Source: Clostridiales bacterium UBA3953 (lineage in GTDB: Bacteria; Bacillota; Clostridia; Oscillospirales; CAG-272). Taken from it: DNA of 63,430 bases. This document shows, one piece after another, positions 38,504 to 47,956 of this stretch; position 1 is the stretch's first letter, and every line of letters starts with the position of its first letter. The notes beneath the pieces were generated by a model that saw only the letters and a program-made list of their open reading frames with translations, was not told where the DNA came from and ran no database searches. The stretch lies in the NCBI GenBank assembly GCA_002385415.1, contig DGDL01000016.1, positions 1 through 63,430 on the forward strand, written 5' to 3'. The position numbers and the translations under genes were made by a program.

Positions 38504-40306
38504 ATGGCAAAAAGCTTCAGTGATCTGATCAGTTATTTTAATATAAAGGAATATATTAACCAAATCATGGGGCGGAGTTATCCGCCCGAGCGCGAGCGGG
38601 TAATATCCGATTTGCGCGAACTTGTAGATGTGAGCGCGAAAATTCACGGAGAAAGGCCTTTTCTGCGTTTTAAGCGGGACGGCGAGGATTTTTCACTTTC
38701 ATTTGCCGGGCTGCTTAAAATGACGGAGCGGCTCGGAACCGCATTCCACGAGCTGGGCATGAAGGGCGGAGTGTCTATTGCGGTGATTGGCGAAACCTCG
38801 CCCGAATGGATTGCTACATATCTGGCGGCTGTCAACAGCGGCAATGTGATAGTGCCGCTCGACCGCGAGCTTACGCCCGACGAGCTGTGTAATTTCATAA
38901 ACCGTGCGGAAGCACGCTGTGTGATTTGCTCTCCCACCATCAGAGCGGTGCTGGAGCCGCGTATCGACAATATGCCCGATGTGCAGTATTTCGGTGTCAT
39001 TCCCGAGGTGGGATTCGGCGAAAACCAGCCCTGCGGCAAACCGGCGGAAAGGCAGTTTGTGCCTTTCAGAGAATTTGTGGGATACGGTCGCGCGCTTATG
39101 GAAGCCGGCGACAGCTCGTTTAAAAATGTTAAAATCGACCGCGACGCCATGTGTGCGATACTGTTCACGTCCGGCACAACCGGTACGAGCAAAGGCGTGA
39201 TGCTTTCCCACCGCAACATCGCGACCGCCATAAACGGGAGCTGGCGAATGATTGATGTCGGGCCGGATGATGTGCTGGTCTCGGTGCTGCCGATTCATCA
39301 TACCTATGAGATGACATGCGGTATACTCACCCCGCTGCTTGTCGGTTGTACGGTGTGCATCAACGACAGCCTGAAAAATGTTATGCGCAACTTCCAGTAC
39401 TATAAACCGACAATTCTTATACTGGTGCCGCTGTTTGTCAATACAATTTACAAAAGAATAATGGATACGGCGCGCAAAAAAGGCGTTGACAAAAAGCTGG
39501 AGGTAGCCACCAAAGTGTCCGACACGTTGCGCGTGGCCGGCGTTGATTTGCGCCGCGCGCTGTTTGCCGAAATTATGGAGACATTCGGCGGCAGGCTCGA
39601 AAAAATAGTCTGCGGCGGCGCACCGCTTAACCCGGAAATGATAGGGCATTTCGAGTCGTTCGGCATAAACCTTACGCAAGGTTACGGTATCACAGAGTGC
39701 GCGCCGCTGATTTCGGTTTGCCCGTTTAACTGGAAGAAAGACCGCTCGGTCGGGCTTCCGATACCGGGCCTTGAGGTTATAATAGACGTCGAGGATACCT
39801 CCGGCGGCCTGCCTATAGGCGAGATACTCGTGCGCGGCGACAATGTTATGCTCGGATACTACAAAGCGCCCGAGCTTACAGAAGCGGCTATTGTGGACGG
39901 CTGGTTCCATACCGGGGATTACGGCTACATAGATGCGGACGGATTCCTCTATATTACAGGCCGCAAGAAAAATGTCATCGTGCTTGAAAACGGCAAAAAC
40001 GTTTATCCCGAAGAAATTGAGGAGCATCTTGAGACAATAAGGCTTGTTGCGGAGTGCGCGGTCATCGGCAGACGCTCCGACGACGGCGAGTCGATACTCA
40101 TAACGGCTATAATATATCCGGACTATGAGTATGCAAAGTCAATCGGGCTGGACGACAAGGCGGCTATTGATGCAAAACTCAAGGACGAGATAACCGCGCT
40201 CAATAAAACTTTGCCCGGTTTCCGTCAAATCCGCAAATACGAACTTCGCGACGAGCCTTTCCCAAAGACCACGTCAAAGAAAATAATCCGCCATTTGATA
40301 AGCTGA
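38504..40306 (+). CDS. long-chain fatty acid--CoA ligase (AMP-dependent synthetase)
   Basis: ATG 38504 follows GGAGGA by 7 nt. AMP-binding motif FTSGTTGTSKGV, YGITE, TGDYGYIDADGFLYITGRKKN. Confidence 0.9.
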   Translation: MAKSFSDLISYFNIKEYINQIMGRSYPPERERVISDLRELVDVSAKIHGERPFLRFKRDGEDFSLSFAGLLKMTERLGTAFHELGMKGGVSIAVIGETSPEWIATYLAAVNSGNVIVPLDRELTPDELCNFINRAEARCVICSPTIRAVLEPRIDNMPDVQYFGVIPEVGFGENQPCGKPAERQFVPFREFVGYGRALMEAGDSSFKNVKIDRDAMCAILFTSGTTGTSKGVMLSHRNIATAINGSWRMIDVGPDDVLVSVLPIHHTYEMTCGILTPLLVGCTVCINDSLKNVMRNFQYYKPTILILVPLFVNTIYKRIMDTARKKGVDKKLEVATKVSDTLRVAGVDLRRALFAEIMETFGGRLEKIVCGGAPLNPEMIGHFESFGINLTQGYGITECAPLISVCPFNWKKDRSVGLPIPGLEVIIDVEDTSGGLPIGEILVRGDNVMLGYYKAPELTEAAIVDGWFHTGDYGYIDADGFLYITGRKKNVIVLENGKNVYPEEIEEHLETIRLVAECAVIGRRSDDGESILITAIIYPDYEYAKSIGLDDKAAIDAKLKDEITALNKTLPGFRQIRKYELRDEPFPKTTSKKIIRHLIS

Positions 40307-40386
40307 TCGGTTGTGTTAAAAGTGTAGAAAATCCCGCAATTTTATATTTTAGTCAAAAGTGAAAATATAGTTGCAATTGATAACAG

Positions 40387-40419
40387 TACGTCGGAAGCTG
40401 TCGCTTCCGACGTATTTTT
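40387..40419 (+). terminator. intrinsic terminator
   Basis: 12-bp stem TACGTCGGAAGC / GCTTCCGACGTA with a 4-nt loop, followed by TTTTT. Confidence 0.9.
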
Positions 40420-40751
40420 CAGGTGCAGATTATAATTTTACATATACGGGGCTGCCAAAAGATACCGGAAAACACAGCCATAAATGCCAATTAATTATAA
40501 ATGTAACTAATAATTTGTGCATATTGACAAAGAAATTCAATAATTATGAGTTTAAATTAATCGCGTTAACAGACTATTTACAAAATACCGAATATTCGTT
40601 TTCAACCCGGTGCTATAATCGTTTTGCCTGGATGGAAGGTGGTTGTCCTCTCCGCGCATAACTAAAAAACGGAGGTAAAAGGGCGGTCGTCGGTTGCATC
40701 CGCGCCCATTCGCGCAATGTGACGGGCGTTCGTCCCACCAAACCAACAGCC

Positions 40752-41819
40752 ATGAAGAAGACACTTTCGGCGCTTTGCGTTGTGTTGACGCTGGTGCTTG
40801 CATCAAGCCTCATAGCGCAAGCTGCGTCTCTGCTGCCGGGAGGAGACGAGTTTAACGGCACTCAAGAGTTCATTCTCCCCAGCGAAACTGAGATCTGTGA
40901 CAATGAAGATTGGCAAGACGAGAACTTTGCCATACCCGTTACCCCTGCGGTACCGGAAAACCCTGCCGAACCGCATACTACGGTATCAAGCGATAAAGCT
41001 GCTGCAGCCGACGGCACCGCAGTGCTTTCGGCGGTCGATGCGGCACCACAGCAGTCTGAACTTAACACAAACACGCTCAAGATTGCTTTCGGCGGCGTCG
41101 TAAGCAAAACGGTAATACCGATACTCGTAAACGGCGTTACTTACGTTCCTTTCCGTGCATTTTGCCTTGAAACGGTTCCCGGCGCGGAAATCTCATGGGA
41201 TCCCGAAACAAACACGGCATTATGCAATGCACCGTCGCTTGACATCGAGGTGCCCTATGGTGAGACATACATAATCGCAAACGGCCGTGTGATTTTCCGG
41301 CACGACGCCAACATTGCGATAAGCTGCACAATGTATGTGCCGGTTCGCTCGCTTGCAAAAGCTATCGGCGCCAAAGTGGAGTGGCGCCCGAATGAAATGT
41401 GCGTCAATCTCGAGCTGACCGGCAAGCCGATTACACCGGCTTCCCAGTTTTACAATCAAAACGATTTGCTGTGGCTGGCGCGTATTATAAACGCCGAAAG
41501 CAAGTATGAGCCTCTGCTCGGCAAAATCGCGGTAGGCGACGTTATTTTAAACCGCGTTGCCCATCCCGATTTCCCCGACACTATTTACGATGTGATATTT
41601 GACGACCGCTATGCGATACAGTTTCATCCTGTCACCTCGCCGATTATTTACAATACACCGTCCGAGGAAAGCATCATAGCGGCAAAAGCCTGTCTCGAAG
41701 GCTTTTCAGTTTCAAAGTCCATTCTTTACTTCATGAATCCGCGCCTTGCCGTATCTAACTGGATTTCGCGCAACCGCAGCTTTGTGATGACAATAGGTAA
41801 TCACAGCTTCTACGCGTAA
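40752..41819 (+). CDS. SleB/CwlJ-type cell wall hydrolase with copper-amine-oxidase-N-like stalk domain
   Basis: Signal peptide MKKTLSALCVVLTLVLASSLIAQA. Central VNGVTYVPFRAF...MYVPVRSLA repeat. C-terminal Hydrolase_2 motifs LARIINAES, VGDVILNRV, QFHPV. No good RBS at ATG 40752, and the ORF is open from GTG 40719. Confidence 0.8.
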   Translation: MKKTLSALCVVLTLVLASSLIAQAASLLPGGDEFNGTQEFILPSETEICDNEDWQDENFAIPVTPAVPENPAEPHTTVSSDKAAAADGTAVLSAVDAAPQQSELNTNTLKIAFGGVVSKTVIPILVNGVTYVPFRAFCLETVPGAEISWDPETNTALCNAPSLDIEVPYGETYIIANGRVIFRHDANIAISCTMYVPVRSLAKAIGAKVEWRPNEMCVNLELTGKPITPASQFYNQNDLLWLARIINAESKYEPLLGKIAVGDVILNRVAHPDFPDTIYDVIFDDRYAIQFHPVTSPIIYNTPSEESIIAAKACLEGFSVSKSILYFMNPRLAVSNWISRNRSFVMTIGNHSFYA

Positions 41820-41936
41820 AAATACGCACACCATACAATCAAATAGCCGTTAGGCGCCCGGATAAATGTCCGGGCGCCGGTTTATTTGCTCAAAAAACGG
41901 CGGGCCGTTTTCGCGATCCGCCGGGTTAACACAATA

Positions 41937-42452
41937 TTAGCGTATAAGCGTATATTTGCCTATTATGGGAATTTCAATCGCTTTGCCGCCTATAGCGTTG
42001 ACGAGCAACACTATAAACATTGCGAAGGGAACAATCCAAAGCAGGCCGCTCACCAGAGCTCCGATAAGCCAAAACAGTATGAAAATTACGCCGAGGAAGC
42101 TAAAAACTGCATAAATAATGTTGACGGCAATTCCGAACACAACCGAAAAAATCAAAAGCAAAAGACCTTGATTTGCATAAAACCTTGCAAATTTGGATTG
42201 CGGGGACGCGACAAGCGGTATAAAGAACAGGATTCCGAAACAGGCTAAAATCGCGTAAGTTTTGTTTGCCGCCACGTCTTGCGGGTCAAACTCCGATGTG
42301 CGGTCGGTGAAATACCGGCCGAACTTGGCGGAGGATTCCTGCTCACCGCCGCTTTGCGACTGCGACGTTTCGTCTGCGAATTTTGAGCCACAGGCACCGC
42401 AGAACTTTGTTTCGTCGGGCATTTGGGCGCCGCATTTTGTGCAGGTCTTCAT
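41937..42452 (-). CDS. zinc-ribbon plus DUF4870-like membrane protein
   Basis: 171 aa. N-terminal CTKCG...CGACG ribbon. FYANQG motif and three or four TM helices. Confidence 0.6.
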   Translation of the reverse strand: MKTCTKCGAQMPDETKFCGACGSKFADETSQSQSGGEQESSAKFGRYFTDRTSEFDPQDVAANKTYAILACFGILFFIPLVASPQSKFARFYANQGLLLLIFSVVFGIAVNIIYAVFSFLGVIFILFWLIGALVSGLLWIVPFAMFIVLLVNAIGGKAIEIPIIGKYTLIR

Positions 42453-42735
42453 TGTATGTAAACCACCTCTCTAAAATAAGTATGGGTTTTGCGGCGATAT
42501 TGTGCTGTTATCTTGGCCTCGCCATATATATGCCGCAGTTCGCTTGCAGCATAAAGAGCAGGGAAAGCATTATATTGCCGGCGCAGGTGCCGGCGTGCCG
42601 CCCAAAGAATTGCTGAGGCAGCCGCCGGCGGGCCTGCACCACCAAACTATTATATGCTCGGCTTGCAGCACGTTGTGCTAAACATTTCGCGGGTCTGCCC
42701 CGTGAAAATGCGAGATTTTTTATCGAGGCGCTGCT

Positions 42736-43461
42736 TTATTCATTGTCGAGGGTCTTCAGGAAGTCGATGCAGCGCTTGACTTCGGACAGACCGTCGGGAT
42801 TGAGCGTTTCGCTTTCGACGACTATTGTCATGCCAAGCTCAATGGCGGCCTGACGCACTGCCTTGACCGGGGCGGTGCCTTCGCCGAGTGCGAACCCTTC
42901 ACCTTTTGCGTTGCCGTCTTTGAGGTGGATGATGCGCACGCGGTGGGCAAGGCGCTTTATCAGCTCGACGGGGTCGAGACCGGCATGGTATGCCCAGTAG
43001 GTGTCGATCTGGAAAAGTATGTCGGAGCGGCGCTGCATCTCCTCGTGCACTATTTGCCCGTCCTTGTTAGGCTGAAACTCGAAGCTGTGGTTGTGATAGT
43101 GCAGATTAATGCCGTGCTCGGCCAGCTTTGGCCCGAACTCGTTTATCACATTGATGAAATCGTCGAGCTTTTTGCTGTCCGACAGGTCGGCGCCGGGGAT
43201 TATGATGTTCTCGTTGCCGATTTCTTTGTGATACTCGACGGTTTTCTCGAAATCGAAAGCGATTTCCTGCCAGCCGGTATGAGTGCCGGAAACACGCAGC
43301 CCGGTGTTGTCAAGCATGCGCTTGATTTCCTTTGCGGGAATACCGAAGAATCCCGCGAACTCAACGAAAGAGTATCCCATCTCCGCTACTTTCTCGAGCG
43401 CATACTCCATGTTTTTGTCGGTTACGTCGCGCACGCTGTATAACTGAAGGCCGTATTGCAT
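42736..43461 (-). CDS. sugar phosphate isomerase/epimerase (xylose-isomerase-like TIM barrel)
   Basis: 241 aa. YSVRD, VEFAG, HYHNH and IHLKD motifs of the AP_endonuc_2/TIM family. Confidence 0.7.
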   Translation of the reverse strand: MQYGLQLYSVRDVTDKNMEYALEKVAEMGYSFVEFAGFFGIPAKEIKRMLDNTGLRVSGTHTGWQEIAFDFEKTVEYHKEIGNENIIIPGADLSDSKKLDDFINVINEFGPKLAEHGINLHYHNHSFEFQPNKDGQIVHEEMQRRSDILFQIDTYWAYHAGLDPVELIKRLAHRVRIIHLKDGNAKGEGFALGEGTAPVKAVRQAAIELGMTIVVESETLNPDGLSEVKRCIDFLKTLDNE

Positions 43462-43583
43462 AATAATCCTCCGTAACTATAATATTGAATAATTGGCAAC
43501 ATCAATTATAACCGATTATAATGGTTAATGCAACAGTAATATAACAGCTTGATGTTTTTCTTAAATGAAATTGCGAATAAATG

Positions 43584-43612
43584 TTGACAACCGGCGAAGA
43601 CTGTGATATAAT
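43584..43612 (+). promoter_or_regulatory. consensus sigma-70 promoter of the infC-rpmI-rplT operon
   Basis: TTGACA 43584-43589, 17-nt spacer, TATAAT 43607-43612. Confidence 0.75.
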
Positions 43613-43618
43613 TAATAC

Positions 43619-43778
43619 AATCAATAAAGCAGGACGATCTCCGTTCTCACCTTGCGGGGCAAAAGCCGCGCGGGTTAATATCGGAAAGGGTAAAGTGCAT
43701 GCCCCGGCAATAGTCGGGGAAAAGTCCTTTGCCTTTGCACGTGACGGAGAGCAGAATGCACTCCGTTTTTTCTTTTTC
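43619..43778 (+). promoter_or_regulatory. L20-leader-like transcription attenuator upstream of infC
   Basis: About 160-nt structured leader ending in an ACGGAG (43744-43749) / CTCCGT (43761-43766) hairpin plus TTTTTTCTTTTT. Position and architecture match the Firmicute ribosomal-protein L20 leader. Confidence 0.55.
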
Positions 43779-43852
43779 TGAAAGCGGAGACACGGCAGCA
43801 CGTTTGCTTTATAAATATTTTTTACCTAATTCCTACCGGAGGTGCTTCACCA

Positions 43853-44512
43853 ATCAAAAACTACAACTCCAAAGAGTATCTTATTAACGAGGAGATCGGC
43901 AGCGTATTGCACATACCGGGCTCCAAGATTCTGCGCGTCGTCGGGCCCGACGGCGAGCAGCTCGGACTTATACCGTATGCAACTGCGCTGAACACCGCTT
44001 ACGACCGCGGGCTCGATCTTGTGCTCATCGCGCAGAAGGCAGACCCGCCCGTATGCCGTATTATGGATTACGGCCGCTTTAAATTCGAGCGCGACAAGAA
44101 AGAAAAAGAGGCCAAAAAGAAACAGCAAGTCATTGAGATAAAGGAGGTACAGCTCTCCTGTCATATCGATATCGGAGACTTTAACACAAAGGGCAACCAT
44201 GCCCGCCGATTCCTCAGCGAAGGCAACAAGGTCAAGGTAAGTGTAAGGTTCCGCGGGCGCCAGCTTGCGCATACCGACATCGGCCGTGACCTGCTCAACA
44301 GATTTGCTGAATATTGCGCCGAGTTCGGCACAGTAGAAAGGCCGCCGAAGATGGAGGGAAGGACAATGATTATGTTCCTTGCCCCGATTAAGGCCACACA
44401 GGCAAAAGGTTCAACAAAACCGAAAAGCGATCCAGCAACCGATGCTGCCCGGGACAAAGGTGCAGCGAATGCCGCAAAAGCGCCCGCAGTCCATGGACAG
44501 AAGAGGGAGTAA
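43853..44512 (+). CDS. infC: translation initiation factor IF-3 (non-AUG start)
   Basis: The conserved N-terminus (KEYLINEEI) lies upstream of the first canonical start at 43907. In-frame ATC at 43853 sits 8 nt after GGAGGTG. Downstream PPVCRIMDYGRFKFE and KEVQLS motifs. Confidence 0.9.
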   Translation: MKNYNSKEYLINEEIGSVLHIPGSKILRVVGPDGEQLGLIPYATALNTAYDRGLDLVLIAQKADPPVCRIMDYGRFKFERDKKEKEAKKKQQVIEIKEVQLSCHIDIGDFNTKGNHARRFLSEGNKVKVSVRFRGRQLAHTDIGRDLLNRFAEYCAEFGTVERPPKMEGRTMIMFLAPIKATQAKGSTKPKSDPATDAARDKGAANAAKAPAVHGQKRE

Positions 44513-44756
44513 GCGTTCCGACAATCTCAATTAACATAGATATATTTGGAATAAACTGAAAGGTTTGATATCTACTGCGGCGGTTTCTCGTAACATTGAG
44601 CCGACGCGACCCGCTGCGGTTATCCGCCCGCGCAAAGGCGCGGGTTAAATCTTTCGGCACCTCCAAAAGCGCACGCCTGCGCGCATGACAAAGCAGGCAT
44701 CCTTGAATACACCGGCAGTGTAATCGGTCGCCGGGGAATTGGAGAGTTAGAAAAAC

Positions 44757-44954
44757 ATGGGAAAGCTCAAAACTCATAAAGCTACAGCAAAGCGGTTTAA
44801 GCTGACCAAAAGCGGTAAAGTTAAGCACAGCGGCCAGAACCGCCGTCACAATCTGGGCCATAAGACGGCCAAACGCAAAAGACAGCTTCGCAAGGCCGAT
44901 TATCTCAGTGAATCGGTAGCCCCCATCGTACGCAGATTGCTGCCCCGCAGCTAA
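44757..44954 (+). CDS. rpmI: 50S ribosomal protein L35
   Basis: 65 aa, MGKLKTHKATAKRFKLTKSGKVKH. Confidence 0.95.
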   Translation: MGKLKTHKATAKRFKLTKSGKVKHSGQNRRHNLGHKTAKRKRQLRKADYLSESVAPIVRRLLPRS

Positions 44955-44995
44955 GCAGCCATATCAATAAGTAGAGAGTCAGGAGGAAGACATAA

Positions 44996-45355
44996 ATGGC
45001 ACGTGTAAAAGGCGCGATAATGTCGCGCAAGAGAAGAAAAAAAGTTTTAAAGCTTGCAAAAGGCTACTGGGGCGCAAAATCCAAGCACTTTAAGATGGCT
45101 AAACAGGCCGTCATGAAGAGCGGCAACTATGCGTTTGTAGGCAGAAAGCTGCGCAAGCGCGATTTCCGTTCGCTGTGGATTACGCGTATTTCCGCCCAAG
45201 CCAAAGCATGCGGAATGAATTATTCCACCTTTATGCACGGCTTGAAGCTTGCCGGCATCAACCTTAACCGCAAGATGCTCGCAGAGCTTGCTGTAAATGA
45301 TAAGGAAGCTTTTGCAGGACTTGTCGAACAGGCAAAGACAGCCCTCGGCAAGTAA
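44996..45355 (+). CDS. rplT: 50S ribosomal protein L20
   Basis: 119 aa, [29 protein letters not shown]. Confidence 0.97.
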   Translation: MARVKGAIMSRKRRKKVLKLAKGYWGAKSKHFKMAKQAVMKSGNYAFVGRKLRKRDFRSLWITRISAQAKACGMNYSTFMHGLKLAGINLNRKMLAELAVNDKEAFAGLVEQAKTALGK

Positions 45356-45443
45356 TAAATTACCTCTATGTGCCGCATCCATGCGGCCGGTTCAAACAGC
45401 CATGACACAGGCTATAAGTTCAAAACAATATGGAAAAGGCCTC

Positions 45444-45470
45444 AAACCCGGAACGTTCCGGGTTTGATTT
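45444..45470 (+). terminator. intrinsic terminator after rplT
   Basis: Perfect palindrome AAACCCGGAACGTTCCGGGTTT followed by GATTT. Confidence 0.8.
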
Positions 45471-45483
45471 ATTATGTGTGATT

Positions 45484-46311
45484 ATGCTTGACAGGTGGGA
45501 GCACATAACCTCAAGAACCAATCGCTCGGTCGCTCTTGCGGCATCGCTTGTCGACAAAAAGCATCGGGACGAGCAGAGACTGTTTTTATGCGAAGGAATC
45601 AAGCTCTTTTGCGAGGCGGTCGCGGCAGGTGCGGAGATTGAAAAAGTATTTGTCACGCACCGAGCAGCCGGCGACCCGGACTTGTGCCGGCTGCTTGAGA
45701 GGCTGCCGAAGCACAGCGTCAAAATTGTAAGCGACCCGGTGCTTGAGCGCATTTCGACCGAAAAATCGCCTCAAGGCGTTATTTGTACGGTTAGGTGTCT
45801 TGACAAAACTCATAAAAATAATACAATATATAATAATCCTTCCAGGCCGCCTCGCCGAGCTGTTTTGCTTGACGGCGTCAGCGACCCGGGCAATGTAGGC
45901 ACCATTATGCGCACGGCTGCGGCTTTCGGAATCGATATGCTTATCCTTGGGCCCGGCTGTGCCGACATTTATAACCCGCGCGCGGTGCGGGCGTCGATGG
46001 GCACAATCTTTCGCCAGCCGGTCGTGCGGGTAGAGGATATGGCCGCGTCAGTTGCCGCTTTGCGCGAGGCGGGTGCCGAGGTGTGGGCAGCGACCCTCGA
46101 CGCGGAGCTGACGGTAAGCGAGCTTGCAGAAGCTGCCGAGCATAAGTCCGTTTGCGTTGTCATCGGCAACGAAGGTCACGGCATCTCTCCCGAGGTGGAA
46201 GCCGTCGCGACGGGGAAGGTGAATATTCCCATTACCAGCGATGCGGAATCGCTTAACGCCGCGATTGCCGCCGCAATTTTCATGTGGGAACTGCGCACAA
46301 ATAAGCGATGA
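45484..46311 (+). CDS. TrmH/SpoU-family RNA 2'-O-methyltransferase (RlmB-like)
   Basis: Start at the internal ATG 45484, since the ORF-track extension contains the rplT terminator. Motifs GNEGHGIS and ESLNAAIAAAI. Confidence 0.85.
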   Translation: MLDRWEHITSRTNRSVALAASLVDKKHRDEQRLFLCEGIKLFCEAVAAGAEIEKVFVTHRAAGDPDLCRLLERLPKHSVKIVSDPVLERISTEKSPQGVICTVRCLDKTHKNNTIYNNPSRPPRRAVLLDGVSDPGNVGTIMRTAAAFGIDMLILGPGCADIYNPRAVRASMGTIFRQPVVRVEDMAASVAALREAGAEVWAATLDAELTVSELAEAAEHKSVCVVIGNEGHGISPEVEAVATGKVNIPITSDAESLNAAIAAAIFMWELRTNKR

Positions 46312-46377
46312 GCCCGCCAAAGGTGCGAATATCCGCACAAAAGGCGATATACAATATCACCGGAGGCAAAGGCGTAT

Positions 46378-47715
46378 ATGGCAAATGCAAACGACGCCAA
46401 AGTCGAGCTTCTTATTCGATGGATTTGGTTTGCGCTGGCGTGTGGGCCGGGTTCCGACGCGTACGACTCGATTTTGCCCGCTTTTGACTATGATGTCTGC
46501 GCTCTTTATGAGGCAACACGCGCAGATTTGGCCGCAGCCGGCGCCGATGGGGCGCTGCTTGACAGGCTGTGCCAAAAATCAACCGACGAAGCCCAGGCGA
46601 TTTGGGCGCAATGCCGCAATCAAGGCATAAAATTGCTTACGCCGCTGCATAAGGCGTATCCAAAGCGTCTGTTTGCAATCGCCAGAAAGCCGCTTTTGCT
46701 TTATTGCCGCGGAATCATACCGGCGCTGGACAACTATGCATGCATAGCAGCGGTCGGAACGCGCGATATGAGCGAATATGGGCGCAACAATGCCTACACG
46801 CTGTCGTTCGATATGGCAAGGGTAGGCGCGATAGTCGTCAGCGGTATGGCGCGCGGGATCGACGGCGTTTGCCACAGGGGTGCGCTTGACGCCGGCGGGT
46901 TTACGGTAGCGGTGCTCGGCTGCGGAATCGACCGCATTTATCCCGCCGAGCACAGGTCGCTTTACGAGGAAATCGCGCGCGGCGGTTTGATATTGTCCGA
47001 ATATAAGCCGGGCACGCCTCCCGAGGGGCGGCATTTCCCGGTGCGCAACCGCATAATCAGCGGGCTGTGCGACGGTACGCTGGTCGTGGAATGTTCAGAG
47101 CATAGCGGTGCCATGCATACGGCGCGCCACGCGATGTCGCAGGGGCGCGATCTGTTTGCGCTGCCCGGCAAAGTCGGCGAGAAAAACTCGACCGGCGTAA
47201 ACAAACTTATAGCCGACGGCGCGCGTATCGTGACATGCGCGTCGGACATAGTGTCCGTTTACGCCGAAAAATATCCGGTGACACTTCGGCTGGAAAAATT
47301 GCCCCGCCCGGGCGTAACCGACAAGCGCAGGCGCGAGTTTATAGCGCGCAGCGAAGCGCCGAAAAGCGGCGAAAGCTCTGCCTCCTATATTGACGAAACA
47401 GAGGAGGCGCCGGTGCGCATTTATCGGTCGAGGCGCAAAAACGCAATCGAGCAAGCCGCCGAAAGCGAGCTTGCCGATCGCACCGAACGCGCCGCGACGC
47501 CTGTATTTGACGAAAGCAGTTTGGGTGATAGCGAGCGCAAAATCTACGCTCTTATCCCCAGTGATAAACCCGTGAGCGCCGATGATCTGACCGAAAGCGG
47601 GCTCACGATGAGCGAGATTATAACAGCGCTGACGCTGCTTGAGATAAAGCGAGCCATAAGATTTGCGGGCGGAGGGAAGTACATAAGAATAGGCGGCAGC
47701 CCGCCGCTCGAGTGA
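46378..47715 (+). CDS. dprA: DNA-processing protein DprA (Smf) with extended C-terminus
   Basis: 445 aa. GMARGIDGVCHRGALDAGG, VLGCGIDRIYPAEH, FPVRNRIISGL. Confidence 0.92.
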   Translation: MANANDAKVELLIRWIWFALACGPGSDAYDSILPAFDYDVCALYEATRADLAAAGADGALLDRLCQKSTDEAQAIWAQCRNQGIKLLTPLHKAYPKRLFAIARKPLLLYCRGIIPALDNYACIAAVGTRDMSEYGRNNAYTLSFDMARVGAIVVSGMARGIDGVCHRGALDAGGFTVAVLGCGIDRIYPAEHRSLYEEIARGGLILSEYKPGTPPEGRHFPVRNRIISGLCDGTLVVECSEHSGAMHTARHAMSQGRDLFALPGKVGEKNSTGVNKLIADGARIVTCASDIVSVYAEKYPVTLRLEKLPRPGVTDKRRREFIARSEAPKSGESSASYIDETEEAPVRIYRSRRKNAIEQAAESELADRTERAATPVFDESSLGDSERKIYALIPSDKPVSADDLTESGLTMSEIITALTLLEIKRAIRFAGGGKYIRIGGSPPLE

Positions 47716-47956
47716 GCCGGGCGCCAAACGCGGCGCCATTTGAACGCCGACAGATAAATCAAGCTGCCACTTTATTGCTATATAGACCGGATGGGAGATA
47801 AAAATTTCCCGCCGATTAAAATTAAATTAAATTTTGCACACTATAATTACCCCATTGCGGCAGGCTATGCCGCATATTGTAAAGTCAAACAAAAGCAAAT
47901 CAAATATCAATGGAGGACACGGGTGAAACGTGCTATAGAGCAACACCCGCAACCAG

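Noticed and set aside
40371-40661. 96-aa ORF in the AT-rich spacer before the SleB-like gene.
   Set aside because: It starts inside the upstream terminator, has no RBS, and its composition is driven by AT-rich DNA.
42453-42735. 283-nt spacer with GC-rich palindromes (GCCGGC...GCCGGC) between two minus-strand genes, considered as a possible ncRNA.
   Set aside because: It has only short generic palindromes. I could find no clear promoter/terminator pair or extended structure, so it is too weak to report.
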